Shown: positions 25,777 through 40,700, counted from the stretch's first letter. The stretch is 64,000 nt of DNA from Stegostoma tigrinum (GCF_030684315.1 NC_081396.1:2232001-2296000); one strand, 5' to 3'. Notes: generated from the sequence alone by a model not told the origin. Translations and numbers: made by a program.

Positions 25777-26179
25777 GACACAATGGAGATAGTGGGTCTT
25801 GTTTCATGATTGGAAATATGAGAATGTGCAATGATCAATCAGATAGAATACAATGCAAGTTAAACAGCAATGGTCAACTGCGATTTACCTTAAAAAAAAC
25901 GCAGTACATTTGACTTTGAAACAGAAATGCTTTTGTACTCATCACAAGCAGCTTCCCATCGCTGAGTTCGAAAGTTCAGTAACTCACGAGAGATTCAGTC
26001 ACCTTCTGTTCCATTACAGCTCATATTTATTCATAGTTTGAAGCTCGAAAGAAGTGCCATGAAAATCTGCTTTGTATTCATAAGTTGTTGAGTGTTTCCA
26101 CAATGCAAGCTTAACTTGTGAGTCTGAGTGTTGCTGGTCCAACAATAAGAGATTGCATGTCCCTGAAAGGCTGAATGAT

Positions 26180-28160
26180 AGGAATAAAGATTCAGGAATC
26201 ATCGATGACAAGGTAAATTGCAAGTTTAGTAAAAACGAAAAAGGAAGCATACAATATGTCTCGGCAACTACAAACAGACGATGGCCTTGAGGAACATAAA
26301 TAAATCTGGAAAGAACTTAAATGTGGAATTTGGAAGGCTAAAAAGGGCCATGGAATGTCTTTAGCAAACAGGATCAAGGAGAAACCTAAACCTTTTTATT
26401 CATGCATTTTTAGAAAGGGGTAGCAAGGGAAATTGTAGGTATCCTCAAGGATAAAAGAGGGAAGTTATGCGTGGAGCCGCGGGAAGTGGAAGACAGTCTA
26501 ATGAGCACTTTGCATCAGTATTCAACAAGGTGAATGACATGACCGATGTTGAGGTCAGTGGTGAGTTTATGAATGCTCCAGCGAATCTCAATACATTGAA
26601 GGAGAAATTTTTGGTAATCCTAAATTTTATTATGGTAGACAAATCTCCAGGACCAAATAAGATCTATCACAGGTTTCTGCGGGAAGCAAAGTGATAAATA
26701 GCTGTGGCAGTAGCAGATGCCTTCACTTGCTCTACATTTGAGATTACCCAATGCTGTTCCCTTGTTTAAGAAAGAAAGCAGGGACACGCCAGGAAATTGT
26801 AAGCTGGTGTGCCTGACATATCTGGTGGGAGAGCTCTTGGAGAAGTTACTACAGGAAAAGATACGTGCACATCTGGAAGAAAATGGATTAGTTAGTAACT
26901 GGCACCATGGTTTTGTATCAGAAGCGCATGTCTCACCAACGTTGTTGAATTCATTGAAAAGGTGACTGAGATAATTGGGGAGGGAAGAGCTGTGGATGTG
27001 ATTTATACGGACTTTAGTAAGGGTTTCCAGAAATTCCGACGTGGCAGTTTGGTACAAAAAACTAAAATCACATAGGATTTGGAGATGCTGGCTAAATTGA
27101 TACAAAACTGGCTTGGTCATAGAAGACGGAAAATAGCAGCAGAAGGGTGTTTTCGGAATGGAGACAGGTAAACAGTGGTGTTCCACAGGGGGCATTCTTA
27201 GGCCCTCTGTTGTTTGCAGCACTTACAACTGATCTGGAGGAAAATGTGGGTGTTTTAACAATGTGCAGATGACACGAAGATTGGTGGAGTCACTGACAGT
27301 GACAACGTGTATGGAAGGATACCAGAAGATATAGATATTTTGGTGACTTGGTCACAGGAATGGCAGCTGAATCATGACAAATGTGAGGCGATGCGTTTTT
27401 GAGTATTAAACGTAGGTGTGATTTATACTGTAAACAGTTGAACCCTTAGAAAATTAACATACAGATGGATCTGAGCTTGCAGGTCCACAGTTCCCAAAAG
27501 GTGGAAACACAGGTGGGAAAGGTGATTTTGAAGACATGTGGTATTCTTACCTTCGTTGGCAAGGGCATGGATTACAAAAGTTGGCAAACTATGCTGCAGC
27601 TTCATTAAATGCATGTTTGACCGCATTTGGAGTATTGAGTGCAGTTTTGGACATCACACTGCCAGAGGAATGCGAAAGCCTTGGACAGAGTGCAAAGTAA
27701 GTTCACCAGGATATTTCCAGATCTCGAGGGCATTGGCTATGAAGAAAGTTTAAACATGATTAGGATCATTTACACATAAAGACGACGGGTGAGAGGTGTT
27801 TTGATAGATGTCTACAAAATTATGACAGGCTTAGTTAAGGTAGATAGCCAGAGGCTACTTAATCACCCATGGTTGAAACTTCAATCTTAAGGGGGCACAT
27901 ATTAAAAGTGAGAGGGGGAAAGTTTAAGGGAGATGAGCAAGGGAAGTTTTTATTCATGCAAAGAGTGGTAGCAGCGAGATCGCACTGCCAGAAGTGGAGG
28001 TAGAAGCAGGTGTGTTGGCAACATTTAAAAGGCATCTAGATGGTTACATGAGTCGGCAGGGAATGGCGAAATAGGGGCCAATAGGGTTTTTTTCTCTTGT
28101 TTACTTGGGGCATGCTGATCAACACAGCCTTAGAGGACTGACGCACTTGTTCCTGTGCTA
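26180..28160 (+). mobile_element. CR1-type LINE, 5'-truncated ORF2 (reverse transcriptase) remnant
   Basis: Fragments KSPGPNKIYHRFLRE and NAVPLFKKESRDTPGN...LEKLLQEKIRAHLEENGL..HHGF, a CADDTKIGG motif and a CR1-like 3' end. Confidence 0.88.
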
Positions 28161-28460
28161 TGCCTCCTTTTGTTCTTTGTTCTCTCTCTTCAATTGGCAC
28201 ACTTTGGTTTTATTAAAACTCAAAGAATTACAACATTTCCCAACCAAATTATACATGAATTAATTTAGCAATTCAAGTTCATACCATATTTGTGAAATGG
28301 CAATGAGTGGATAAACAATTTTCAGATAACGATACAGTCCCAGCTCAGTACATATAATCAGTGGTTACATTCAAAAGCATGGCGTATGGTGAGGTAGGAC
28401 CGCAGAGTTTATTTCAGCAGCTCGTCAAATAGTGAGATGAGGTAACCAACATTGTCAATC

Positions 28461-28468
28461 TATAAATA
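28461..28468 (+). promoter_or_regulatory. Candidate TATA box of the GPCR gene
   Basis: TATAAATA ~180 bp upstream of the ATG. Confidence 0.45.
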
Positions 28469-28641
28469 GAGGGCATGGAGACCTTAATTAATTTGTTTCT
28501 TCGTTCAGCTGTAAATAATGTGCTTGCTGTTCATGAATCATCCCTTTGGAGACTCTCGCACAAAATAAATGAAGGACGATTCGAATTTGTCACCGAGATA
28601 GCATCAATAGTTTCGTGAATGTCTTTAGCTTCTGCAAGGCG

Positions 28642-31133
28642 ATGCATGAGCCAGTTGTTGCACCATTTTTTGCCGTTTGTTATCCAATTCTCGCTGTGAT
28701 TGGTGCTCCTGGTAAGCCTTGGATCGCCAATGAGTTATCATGTATTTCGTAAATCAGCAAAAATAGCATATCTTACCTTTTGACCTGGGATGTGTTGTTG
28801 TTTATCTTTCAGCTCTCTGTGAATGTTCTTGCCCAGGACGTCCCTGCAGTTTGCATAGGTTCATTATATAATATCCCGTGGTATGGTCAAATTTAGAGCA
28901 GAAATTGCAATTTCATTATGGAAAAGTGCAAGATATTAACTAATTTATTGAGAAGCACACTTATGGAAATATTGTTTGTTACATCGTTGAAACAAAAATT
29001 GTAATTCATGACTTGGCATGATTATTAAATTGCATTATTGTTAAATGTCAAGCTAAATTTCAGAGTAGTAACATACACACCAGGAGCTTTTATTCTTTTG
29101 TGGTATAATTGTTATCTTAGGGTCGTAAAATATGGATCAAAATGTATTTTTAAAACGCAATTGTTTCATGAATTGTAACATAAATATACATTCAATTATC
29201 ACTGCAATTGTCACTGCTGGAAGGATATAATTATTACAAGCCAATATATTTCTAATTTTCCATCTCATTATTAATATCATTATAGAAATTATTTGTGGAA
29301 TTGTATGAAAGTGATGAGTATAGATGCAAGGTTTTAATTTGTTATGAGTTCCATTGTCGTCATTAGGAGATATTTCAAAAATGTGGCATTAAAAAGAAAA
29401 CAACCACGTAATCATTGTTGATTATCATAAATCCCCACCTTATTCACTAATGTTCTTTAGAGAACGGAAGATGCTGTCATAACCTGCTCTGGTCTACATG
29501 TGACAGCAGACAGCAGCAAGCTGGTAGGTATTTAGCTACCATTCAAAAAGAAAGCCACTCATTTGGCGGGCGATAAGGAATGACGTTATAAATGTCAGCA
29601 AATTAGAGACGCTGGAATGGCATGAAGAATAAGCTAGAATATTAGGTGCAAACTAAAGAATGGAACAGGAACATAAATATCAAGATGTGGTGCAGGGGAA
29701 TACTTCCAAAGTTTACCGCATCAGAAGCTGTATAACTGTTACTGATAGGTTGATTAATAGAAAGAAGACACGAGGGTCTGGAATTGTAGGTAAATTGAGG
29801 CTTCTGGGATGGGAAGAGCGAGACTATGGAGATTACTGAAAATTCAAAACGTGGGACTTTTAAAACACGGTATTGCTAGATGCAAAATTAATGTATCGCT
29901 GTGAAGAAAAGTTTGATGGTATTAATAGGGGCTTGGACAGGTAAACTATATTTTGAGTGAGGTTAAGCCTGACACCTTGACACAGGTTTGACTTAGTGTG
30001 CAGAGAGCTGAGTTTGCATTGTGACTAACTGGAGTGACTGCTGCATTTACAAATGTTTAATTCAGGACGGAATGCAGAAAAAAAACAACAACAGTTTTTG
30101 AATAGTTCGAATCAGGAGGTAGTAAAAAGGTGGACGTGGATGGGGAAGAAAGTTTTCAGCAGCAGAGTAGGGAGGGTAATTAACTGTTTCTTGAAATTCA
30201 TTTGGTGACTTATCTATCCCCATTGTCTTCATAGCCAACTTGTTGGCGATTGTGGTGTTGTGCCAAAGACAATGTGGACTCTCCATTTGCATCACATTCT
30301 ACCTGGCGGCAATCGCAATGGCTGACTTCCTCGTCATCATCGCTGGCTGTGTCCTCAACCGAATTGGTGGCATCTACTTCAGAAACAGTGCCCTGTCCAC
30401 CACACCAGCGTGTACCATTACCAGTGTGCTCGTCTATGCTACACGAGATGGTTCTGTCTGGCTGACAGTGGCCTTCACCATCGATCGATTTGTGGCCATC
30501 AACTGTCAGAAGCTGAAGACCAGATACTGTAACAAGAAAAGTGCATCATTCGTCATCGGAATGATCTGCTCTCTGAGCTGCGTCAAGAATCTTCCTTTCT
30601 ACTTAGTCACCCAGCCGCTGTACACCGTAAATGGGGTGCCCTGGTTCTGTAACATTAAACCAGTCTATTATACTTCGCCCTTCTGGCAGGTTTATGACAA
30701 GCTGGACCAGGTTTTAACACCACTTCTCCCTTTCATTCTAATTCTGCTTCTCAACACACTAACTGTAGTTCATATCTTAGAGTCCAGCAAAACCCGCAAA
30801 AGACTTTGGGGTGAAGATAAACGTGTAGACCCAGAGATGGCCAATCGCAAGAAATCCATTGTCTTGCTGTTTGCCATCTCGCTCAGTTTCCTCCTCCTTT
30901 GGTCCACTTACGTTGGTCGCTACCTTCATGTACAGGTGATGGGTGTTGGATATTTCAACGGCCTAGACTTCAGTGATCCTAATATCATTCTTCAAGAAAC
31001 GACCAACATGCTTCAAATATTTAGTTCCTGCAACAACATCTTCCTTTATGCAGTGTCCCAGACTAGGTTTCGTGAAGAGCTGAAAAAGCTGCTGATGGGT
31101 CCCTTCTCTAAAATCACACGTTGCTTTAAATGA
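28642..31133 (+). CDS. Class A GPCR, GPR139/GPR142-like (shark-expanded type); exons 28642-28711 and 30235-31133; 322 aa
   Basis: Exon 1 MHEPVVAPFFAVCYPILAVIGAP with GTAAG donor; phase-1 splice restores TM1 PANLL. AMADFL (TM2), SVWLTVAFTIDRFVAI (TM3), LLPFILILLLN (TM5), NNIFLYA...FREEL (TM7/helix 8). Frame fully open. Confidence 0.92.
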
Positions 31134-31944
31134 TGAAGGCTGTAAAGTTTAAAGAAAAAAACAGGCAGCGATATCCCCATGTTGTTTCTCTTCCATCACA
31201 GAACCACAGGTTGTCACGTTATTTCCCTTACAAGAATGAGAAAGGTATCTGTGGAAGCTTCTGTACTCAGGAAATGCAGTCTATTCATCAGCTGTGATAG
31301 GTTACTGCTCTAAATACTGAAGGCTCGTGGAACCATTGGAGTTGCTGACTTGTTTGCTAAGATGCTAGTTGACAATTTATGTCCCTGTCCATTATTTGAG
31401 CTCTCGAAGTACTATCAGGAAATATTTTATAGTCTGTCCATTTGTTGTATATTTTCCTTTCTCCGTTTCTTTTTCAATGGCCCTGAATGTATTAGTATAA
31501 CCTATCTGAAATTCTGGAACATGATTCTGAAAAAAAACACTGCTAAAATAGTTCAACTTACATCAACAATAATCTGTCCAGTTTTATTTTTGTTTGGTTA
31601 TGTTCTCTCCAATCTGTACTTTCTGTTAAACCCCAGAACTGTTCATTACTTAACAGTATCTAATGTTGATCTTATTTTTGTGCACCTACTATGCAACCAT
31701 AGCTTTGTATTATTCGCTCTGTTCAATCGCCCTGTGATCTTTGTATATTATGATCTGCCTGCACTAAAAGCATTTTTTTCACAGTACTTAAGTAAATGTG
31801 ACAATAACAAATCCAATCAAATCTGGCATCAGCAGTTTCCCTCTCACTGCATCAGCAGGAAAATTTATTTCAACACCTTCCCTCAATTAAGTGTGATTTT
31901 CTTCTTAATTATTCTGTGACAAAGCTACTGACGATTTTTTGTTC

Positions 31945-32215
31945 AGATATAATGGGAGCTGCAGATGCTGGAGAATCCAAGATTACAAAGTGTGGGGCTG
32001 GATGAACACAGCAGGCCAAGCAATATTTTAGGAGCCTAAAAGCGATGTTTTGGGCCTAGGTCCTTCATTGAATAGGAGGAGGGGCAGAGGATTCTGAAAT
32101 AAATAGTGACAGAGGGGGAGGTGGATCGAAGACAGATAGAGGAGAAGATAGGTGGAGAGGAGACAGACAAGTTAAAGAGGCGGGGATGGAGTCAGTAAAG
32201 TTGAGTGTAGGTAGG
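31945..32215 (-). mobile_element. Penelope-like 3' fragment
   Basis: Same terminal sequence as the 24920-25150 region. Confidence 0.75.
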
Positions 32216-33564
32216 GATTGTCTCCCATCCCAAGTGACCCATTGCGTGGAACTCTCAGTCATAGGATGTAAGCACAGGAGTAAGCCATTCCACCCCCTCG
32301 AGTATGCTACATCATTCAATGAGATGTCTGAACTATGGACCGATTCAATACACCTGCCTTTGGATTATATCCTTTCAAATATTTGCTGATATTAATTTGT
32401 CTATCTCAAATTTAAAACTAACAATCGATCTACCATCAACTACGGTTTCTTGAAATATGTTCCAAGCCTCAACCACCTTTTGTGTATATAAAATATTCCT
32501 GACACCTCTCCTGAACGGTTTGACTCCCATTCTAAGCCCTTGCTCCCTTATGATAGAACCTCAAAATTGGAATAATTTATCTTCATATACTCTCTCTTTT
32601 TCTTTTAGCATCTTGAAGACTCCAATCAGATGTGGTTTCCAGATCTTCCCACAGTAGGATTATGTATAATTACATTATAGTTCTGATATCTTTATTCTAC
32701 AGTGCTCTATATATAATACCCAGCGTTCCATAATCTTCCTATATTATTTCCAGCATCGTTTCATTGTATTTTAAAGATCCTTGCACCCGACCCCAATGCA
32801 GCTATCTCTTAGGAGATCCACTGTATTTAATTGATAAGATCTAGAATGTGCATTAACAAATCTATTTTCTTGTCTTTGTCAGCTTAAGCAGATGAGGTTT
32901 GCTCAAGCTCCCATACTCAAGTGATACTGTGCTCACAATCCAGCATTAACAGTGCCCTGTTTCCAATATCGACGGAACATTGAACCAGTAGAGCGGTTGC
33001 TTGCCTATCATCAGTTCCTACTACTCAAGATAGAGGTTAAAAGTAGCCCACTGCTCATTATTTAAAAGAGGTAGAGGAAGCGGCCTTATCACCGTCTCGA
33101 GTCAACATTTAAAACCGCTTAGACCAATTTTCTGTTTGTTTATATCGCTGCACTTGTGGGGTCTCGTTCAGTAAAAGTTTAGAGTCAGGCTTCTCTCCAC
33201 ATAACTGGAAATTAGGGAATGAGTTGCAAAGGCTGTAGTAGACAATGTACAATTAAATAATTTTGCAACTATAATTAATTGATATTCTTCCTTCAAATTC
33301 CCTTCCCTTCCTTCCTCCTCCCTCCTTCTCCTGCACGTTTACTTTTGGCGACTGGAGTATAAGGGCATCCAGGTCTTGTTGTTACCCTCCACATTTTACA
33401 CATCAATCATCATCTGTAAGCTTGGTTAGAGACAAAAAAAAATTGTAGGTTCTGGAATCCAAAGTAGACAAACAGGGGATTGGAACAACTCAGCAATCCA
33501 TGCAGCATGTGGAGGAAAGGAAAAGTTAATGTTCCAGGCCCTGAAAAATCATTAGAAACAAAAC

Positions 33565-33778
33565 AATGAAATGTGAGGCTGGATGAACACAGCAGGCCCA
33601 GCGGCATCTCAGGAGCACAAAAGCTAACGTTTCGGGCCTAGATCCTAGACCTGGATGAAGGGTCTAGGCCCGAAACGTCAGCTTTTGTGCTCCTGAGATG
33701 CTGATTGGCCTAATGTGTTCATCCAGCTTCACATTTCATTATCTTGGATTCTCCAGCATCTGCAGTTCCCATTATCAC
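33565..33778. mobile_element. Palindromic Penelope-derived element with 15-bp TSD, nested in an older related element (~33420-33860)
   Basis: TSD CATTAGAAACAAAAC at 33550-33564 and 33779-33793; same arms and 3' end (GTTCCCATTATCAC) as 16051-16285. Confidence 0.85.
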
Positions 33779-36334
33779 CATTAGAAACAAAACGTTGACT
33801 TCCTGTTCCCTCTATTTGCTGCCTGGCTTGCTGTGTTCTTCCAGCATCTTGTTTGTCTGCCATCTATAACGAGGACTGGGAAGTCTTCCAATGTCAGGGA
33901 ACCCTTCAAAACTTTCGGATCTGAGTTTTCAGCGTAAAAGTATCGACTGATTGAGAGCTACCAGATAGTGGCATGAGATGAGAAGTAATACAGCTACAAT
34001 GTGATTCAGAGCTAAGTACCTAGACTCATAAAGTCTCTACGGTGTTGAACGAGGCTGCTATTCGGCCCATCGAATCTGTGCTGATATTCTGAAGATTATT
34101 CCACACAGACGTACCACATCTCCATTTATTACCATGACTAATTTGCTTAGCCTATGCATCCCTTGATACAAAACATCAATTTACCATAGTTAAATCACCT
34201 AACTTGGCATACTTGCACTCTGGGAGGTATCCGGATCACCCTGCACGAACCCAGGCAGGCAGGCGAGAATGTACAAACTCCACACACACTGTCATTCATG
34301 GCTGGAACCGAACCTGGTGCTGAAAAGTAGCAGTACGAAATACTGTAACACCGTGCTATCCTAACTGTCTTTGTTGTGGATCTTTTACGCTATTTTCATT
34401 ATATTCAAGCAGTTAGCAATAATAATCTTACCAATTAAACAAATGTATTAATAATTCTGACACACAATAGCGCGAAATGCCTGGTAAACTGAGGACAATA
34501 GCAAGAGTTGGTTTAGGTCACAGATAGGACCTCAGCTAAGCAACCTCCACCGGCATATAAACTGCTGTGGTTTGTGGGGAGAAACTAACGCAGAATTTGC
34601 AGTGAGATTTTCGCTGAACGGCTTCACCAAGTCCTCTATCGCAGTGGCATATGCGTGATTTCAGAAGTGGTTGCAGCATATGGATTCAACTCTTAATTTC
34701 ATATAAGTTTGACAGTCTGTCAATATTCGAATTTTTTTTCTCTCTGTTTGTTTCAGCAAGCCCATCACAGGCTGCCTGTCTTTAATGTTCTAGAAATGAT
34801 CCTGATTCAGGATGATCTATTTTTAAAAAACTACTTCTGTTGTTTCACTAATTGATTAAAAAAACCTGAAAAAGGAACTCAATTACCAAACAAAGTGTGA
34901 ATCTGTTTGAGCATTAATCCTCTGTGTATATCTATATCCCTGATTGTATCTGCAGTTCCCTACGCAATGTAATATGTTTTATTGGGGAAGTGCAGAGTGG
35001 TGTGCAGTCGAATGAATTTCTAAAAAGTAAGAAATTCTCAGTCGTGTTATCTTTTGTTGAAAATGATATAATATCATCCTCTGCTGGCCAATCGGTATCA
35101 CTACACATGCCAAGGGTGAAAAAGATCGGATGTTACCTGAGGAAGGACAGCAACCGACAGCACATTCCAACTAACAGCAGCCTTAACTCACACATGGTGG
35201 TCAAGCGGAGAATTACAGAGGTGGTCAGTATGATCCAGCCACTGTGAGCTACCTAAGCAAGTGAATGTATGTGGAGAAATGAGATCATCAAGTTCTGATA
35301 AACCAAAAATGTCACCACAGGAACAGTGCAAACAGGGTCTATTGAACTGCCAACTCGATTTTCACATTTACACAGAACAGTTTTGGTTTGTTTGTCCCGT
35401 CTGTCTCAGCCTGTATGTGTGGTTAATGGTATGGTGGTAATACAATGTGATATGAAAACAGAGAATCGTTTCATTGCGAATCAATTCTGATTCTGACAGA
35501 AACATTGTCTTTGCTTTCTATTATCCTCGGACTAAAGGACAAGTACACTGGTGGAATTTCCATATTTTGACAAATTATTTAACGTTTGGAATGACTCCAG
35601 ATATTTCTCCTGCCAAGAAGATCTTGCCATAACTCTGTATCTGCATTTTGTTTTGTCTCTGACACTGAAGTTAGACTTCCAATTTCAGAACTAACATTGA
35701 ACACACTTTAAATATGTTCCAAGCTCATAAAGCACTTTGGGAAATCATCAGTCAGAATAAGTGTTTTACGAAATGTCCATCCCTCAGTTACTGTGAGGCC
35801 ATTTAGAATTAGCGGGTGTTTTGGCTCAAATAGAGTCCACTGCTTTTTGAAGAAGTGAGTTCCAAAGGTATGCAACGTTCTAATTGTTTCCCCTCATTTT
35901 GGTCTTAAAATATGTCTTCATATGTTTACACTATAGCCCTCCGTTTTAGCTCTTCCTGTCCCCGAAAATCAGAAAGTAACACACAAAAACATTTCCAAGA
36001 AAACATGGTGCCTGCTCAAAAGCCTGTCGCTTGTACTTGACATTAATTTATTCGACTTGTACCGAAGTTTATCCTACTGCATGAAGAAATGAACACTCAC
36101 AAGTACATCCAAACAAACAGAAACACACAATGATACAGAGAAAAGCAGCCATTTACAGACATGCAAAAACACAGACAGAAACAGACAGAAAGGCAGACTC
36201 ATCCAGTCACACATGTACAACGCGCATAGAAACAAGCACATACAGAACATTATAAAAGAAAGAAGTACGCATACAGGCACAGAAGTAGAAATGCACATAG
36301 ACACATACACGCAAAGAGAGAAGCTCAAATATTA

Positions 36335-36940
36335 AGCTTAGCAAGAGCACGGGTTAGTAGTTAGGAAGACAAATTCAATTATTTCGACAGTGCTAGAAAG
36401 CAAGAGCAGTGATGTATTCCTGACACTGTGTAATGCTCTGGCCAGGCAGAATTGGAATAATGTGAACATTTTTGAGTCCAGTATCAATGGAAAGATCTGG
36501 TGACCTTGGAATCGAACCAGATGAGGTTTACAAAAATGACCCTGGGTATAAGTGACTTGTCATGTCAGGAATTGGTGAGGACTCTATTTCTTTACTCGAT
36601 GAAGTTTAGAATGATTTGGGGAATCTGACTGGAATCTACAGGATGCAGAGAGGCCGGGATGCAATGGAGAAATTAGGACCCAAGGACACAGTGAAGAGAC
36701 AATAGTTTTGAATTGAGAGGAGAAGGAATTTCTTCAGCCAGAGTGTACTCACCCTGCAAAACTCAATCCAGGGGTCAGTGGAGGCCAAGTCATTGAGTGC
36801 ATTTAAGACAGAGATTGATACGTTCTTGATGCATTACAGGAAAAAGGCCGGAGAATGGGGATGAAAAAGATGTGATCGAATGGCAAAGCAGACTGAATAG
36901 GCCGAATGATCTAATCCTGCACTTACACCTTCAGGTTTTA
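36335..36940 (+). mobile_element. CR1-type LINE 3' fragment
   Basis: Similar to the 3' part of 26180-28160 (AGAAGGAATTTCTTCAGCCAGAG...TTTAAGACAGAGATTGATA). Confidence 0.7.
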
Positions 36941-37063
36941 TCCTACTCCCTTTCAGATTCCACACATTCATGCCTCCATCTCTACAAAAAAAAACAGAAA
37001 CAATTTTGTCACAATCATCAATAGAATGAATTCATTAAATCTCCGAATACAAGGATGTTTCCG

Positions 37064-37067
<4 letters not shown>

Positions 37068-37112
<45 letters not shown>

Positions 37113-37143
37113 CGTGCGCGCGAGTGCGCGCGCGTGCGCATGC
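37068..37143. repeat. (TG)n(CG)n alternating purine-pyrimidine microsatellite
   Basis: Directly visible. Confidence 0.9.
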
Positions 37144-39539
37144 TTGTGAGAGAGAGAGAAGGAGATAGGCGGGGAGACAGAGAGACACACAGAAAGAAAG
37201 ATAATGACTTCAGATAGAACTCAGCGGAAGGATTTACTGCAATAAGCTGTCAAGATTGGTCATTCTGTGGCCATGTCGTGCATACGTAAATAACTATTCA
37301 TGTCGAATTAATCTGCAGAAATACACAGTTCTGAAGTACAAAACGATACTTTGCTACTAATGTGGGCACAAGCCTCTTTATACGGAGAGTGTTCACAGTG
37401 TAGAATAAAGCTTTGATTACAAAGCAGGTTTATAACACCCTGAAATTGTTGAATTATAGAAATAAATTTGAAATGCAAAATCTCACCTGTTCATAATGTT
37501 ATACCGGGAAGGATGACATGTTTGACTTAATTGAGTAATAACCAATGAATTGCAATGCGTGATGATAATTAGTACCTTTCAGTTACTTGTACGCACCAAT
37601 AGACTGTAGTGTGAATCTGTGATAAATACTGAAAATGAGATTTGAAGGATCAAGGGCTTTCCAGACAGTAAAAGCAGCAACTAGTGTGAAGCACTTATTA
37701 CGGTAATACACATCAGGGAACTGCTTCTGCTGTAACTTCAGCAAGAAATTACAAGTGGAGAAAATATTGTTCTCGTTGCCCTGTCTTATAAGGAGAATAT
37801 TTACTTCTGGTTTCTTAACTGATCTCGGTAGACAATTTCTTTCATTCATCTTTCTTGCAATCTGATAATGTTCTGAATGTGCAGATGCTGTTTTCCACTG
37901 TGATCTCCACAAAGGTGACTGGGGAAAGTGAAGTGATGCAACTATCTCCCCGATGTTGTTAGTGAATTTGGAATTGTATCCATGAACTGCTCCATTACTA
38001 CTCTGATATTTACAACGTGCGTTGTTACAGGCAGCTCTCAAACCAGCCATCCCAGCATCTGCTGATGGCCACAAGAGTAGCCTTTCACATTGTCCGAAAT
38101 GTCGTAGAGGCATATCTCAGCGACTAACATCAAATGAAAACCCAGCAACAGTTGACAGCCTTTAAAACATGTTCACGTAATGGTCACACCACAAGCTGTG
38201 CAAACTAGTTGTCGAGATAAAATGATTAAAATAATGACATTCGCATGAAAACTAAAACAGACATAAAAGTCGAGTCCTTTGCCAGATGCCAACAAATACA
38301 ATGAAACAGGCAAAAGCTGTCAAGTCGTATTAAATTGACAGGAAAGGTTTGAGAAAACTGAAAGAACTGTGGATGCTGCAAATCAAGAACAAAAACAGAA
38401 GTTGCTGAAAAAGTTCGCCAGGCCTGGCAGCTTCTGTGAAGAAAATATGAGAGTTAACATTTCTGGGCTGGTGACCCTTCCTTAGAACTGAAGTTTTATG
38501 TTTCACAACCAATACTCTTTTTCACTGAACCTGTGCATGACTGTTTGAGCAGTGATGGAACTCTTGCAATTAACCTTTTAGGAAGTGGCTGTCTTATTTG
38601 TGTGAGGATGACTCGTGAGGAAGAAAAATCGAAACAGAATTTTATATTCATGGAATCGGACAACAGGGATGAATTTTATCTATACATTCATACTCTCAGA
38701 AGACATAATCTAATTAATGCAAGTACCTTTACTGCTTCCCCACAAATGCACACACGGCTGAGGCGATGAACTTGGTGGTATTATCGCTGGACTGTTAATC
38801 CGGAGACCCAGATACCCGGGTTTGGATCCTGCCCCGGCAGATGGTGGATTTTGGATTCAAACATTTCTGGTATGAAGAACCTATTGATGACCGTGGTCCA
38901 TTCCTGTCTGTTGGAAAACCCCATCTAGTTCACCAATGTCCTTTCAGGAAGGAAACTGCCATCCTTACATGGTCTCGCCTCCATGTGACTCCAGGCCCAT
39001 AGCAATATGGTTTATTATCAACTGTCCTCTGTGCAATTGGGGATGGGCAATAATTTCTACCTAGACAGCAACACTCTCATCACGTTAGTGAATAAAGGGG
39101 GGAAAGAATCTGGACTCTCTCCATTAGTTGTCAATAAAATATTTGAAAGTTATGCTTGAATCCACGAACTCCTGTGTAAAGCTCAAGAGTTTATCTTCCT
39201 CGATGAATCATGTTCCAACAATGATAGGGTAAGTTGCAAGACATGACACTTGTCATGAATGCAGAATTAAAGTCTGATGAAGAAACTCACCGTTATGGGC
39301 TAACCAAGCTTTTGCACAGCTCCATCATCATCTCCCTGTTTATTCCAATTTAAGCCACGACTGATAAGAACAAGTGCCTTGTATGTTTTCTTAACCACAC
39401 TATAAACTGAATTCAGTAAATCGTGGACAAGCGTCCCAAGACCCTTCTGTTCATCTCAGCTCCCTCGTATCCTGCCATTCATGAAGACTGCCCTATCATT
39501 TTACTTGTTCGAAACTACATTACTTTACACAAAAAGAAT

Positions 39540-40700
39540 AAATCTTCATGGCATTCGGGATATAGGTTTTTAACTGTCTGAAGGCAATTAAATGTCAACC
39601 GCATTCTTGTGAATTTGAGTAAATGCTTCAAACTCTGTGCAAACAGTTCTGTGTAGATCAACCATTGGACTTTAAAACAATTGGCCTTGAGATAACGGTT
39701 TAGTTATTTCCAATTTTCCAGAATTCCCCAGAATTGCTGAAGATTGCATGGCTTGGTAAATCGGGAAACTGAGATCTTTATTCAAGAAGTGGAGGAGACA
39801 GAAAATAGGAATCTACAGACAAGTAAACGTAATCTCTTTCAAATGCAAAGTGTTCGAATCCGCTGAAAAAGACATTGAAATGGGACTATTGAAATAAAAA
39901 TAATCAATAATATAATGGTGATTTTGACAAAGTTAAATCACAATTAACCTTTTTTTTGGAATTTCTTGAAATTGTAACATAAAGTGTCGATAGAGGGAAG
40001 CAGGTGGATGCACATAGATTTCAAAAATACGTTGGATAGGCTACCATATTAATGGTCATTGTAAAGAATAAATTGTCATTGGGTAGGAATTAGTGTGTTT
40101 GCATAGATCGATAAGCTTGCTAACAGGAAACAAACAATAGGCAAAATAGGTTTTTAATTGATAATGTGAAAGTTGTGGATTTTCACAAGGATCAGTATTA
40201 AGGCTTTGAAGTCTTGGCATGTTTACAACTGCCATCGATAATGATAAGAATGTATGACTGCTAAGTATGATGAGCCACAGAAATAGGTATGAATGTATGT
40301 TGCGAAGAGAACATAAGTGGTTACAAAAGAAAACTATATCAGATGTTAGATAAAACAGTGATAAACGGATTGTGATGCGAGATCAATGTGAAAAATGCCT
40401 ATTCCGAATGAAAGCGTAAAAACTAAGCAGAGTATTGATATGATATGACCGTGCAGAGTTCTTGGCTGAAGAGCTTCCCTCTTACATGGATCACGAAATG
40501 CTAGTATGTAGATAAATCAAATAACTGGGTAAGTGGGTAGAGATTACTGTTTATTACGACAGAAACTGTATTAAAATATAATGTAGTTATGCTTTGGTTT
40601 CGACAGCAAAATGATATGACCTGTAAACTATTGCTCGCAGCACTGGTCTGCTTATTTCAGGAATGTTATATACGATTTGGAAGCAATTCACAGAAGTTAA
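39540..40700 (+). mobile_element. Heavily decayed CR1-type LINE fragment
   Basis: Remnant motifs GGAATCTACAGACAAGTAA, GATTTCAAAAATACGTTGGATA and CAAGGATCAGTATTAAGG. Confidence 0.55.

Noticed and set aside
26620-27222. 200-aa minus-strand ORF
   Set aside because: Antisense to the CR1 reverse-transcriptase remnant.
31350-31919. 189-aa hydrophobic ORF downstream of the GPCR
   Set aside because: T-rich UTR/intergenic sequence with no GPCR motifs.
37583-38113. 176-aa minus-strand ORF with faint Ig-like words (QSP, FVEITVE, DVYY)
   Set aside because: No coherent domain, splice structure or RSS.
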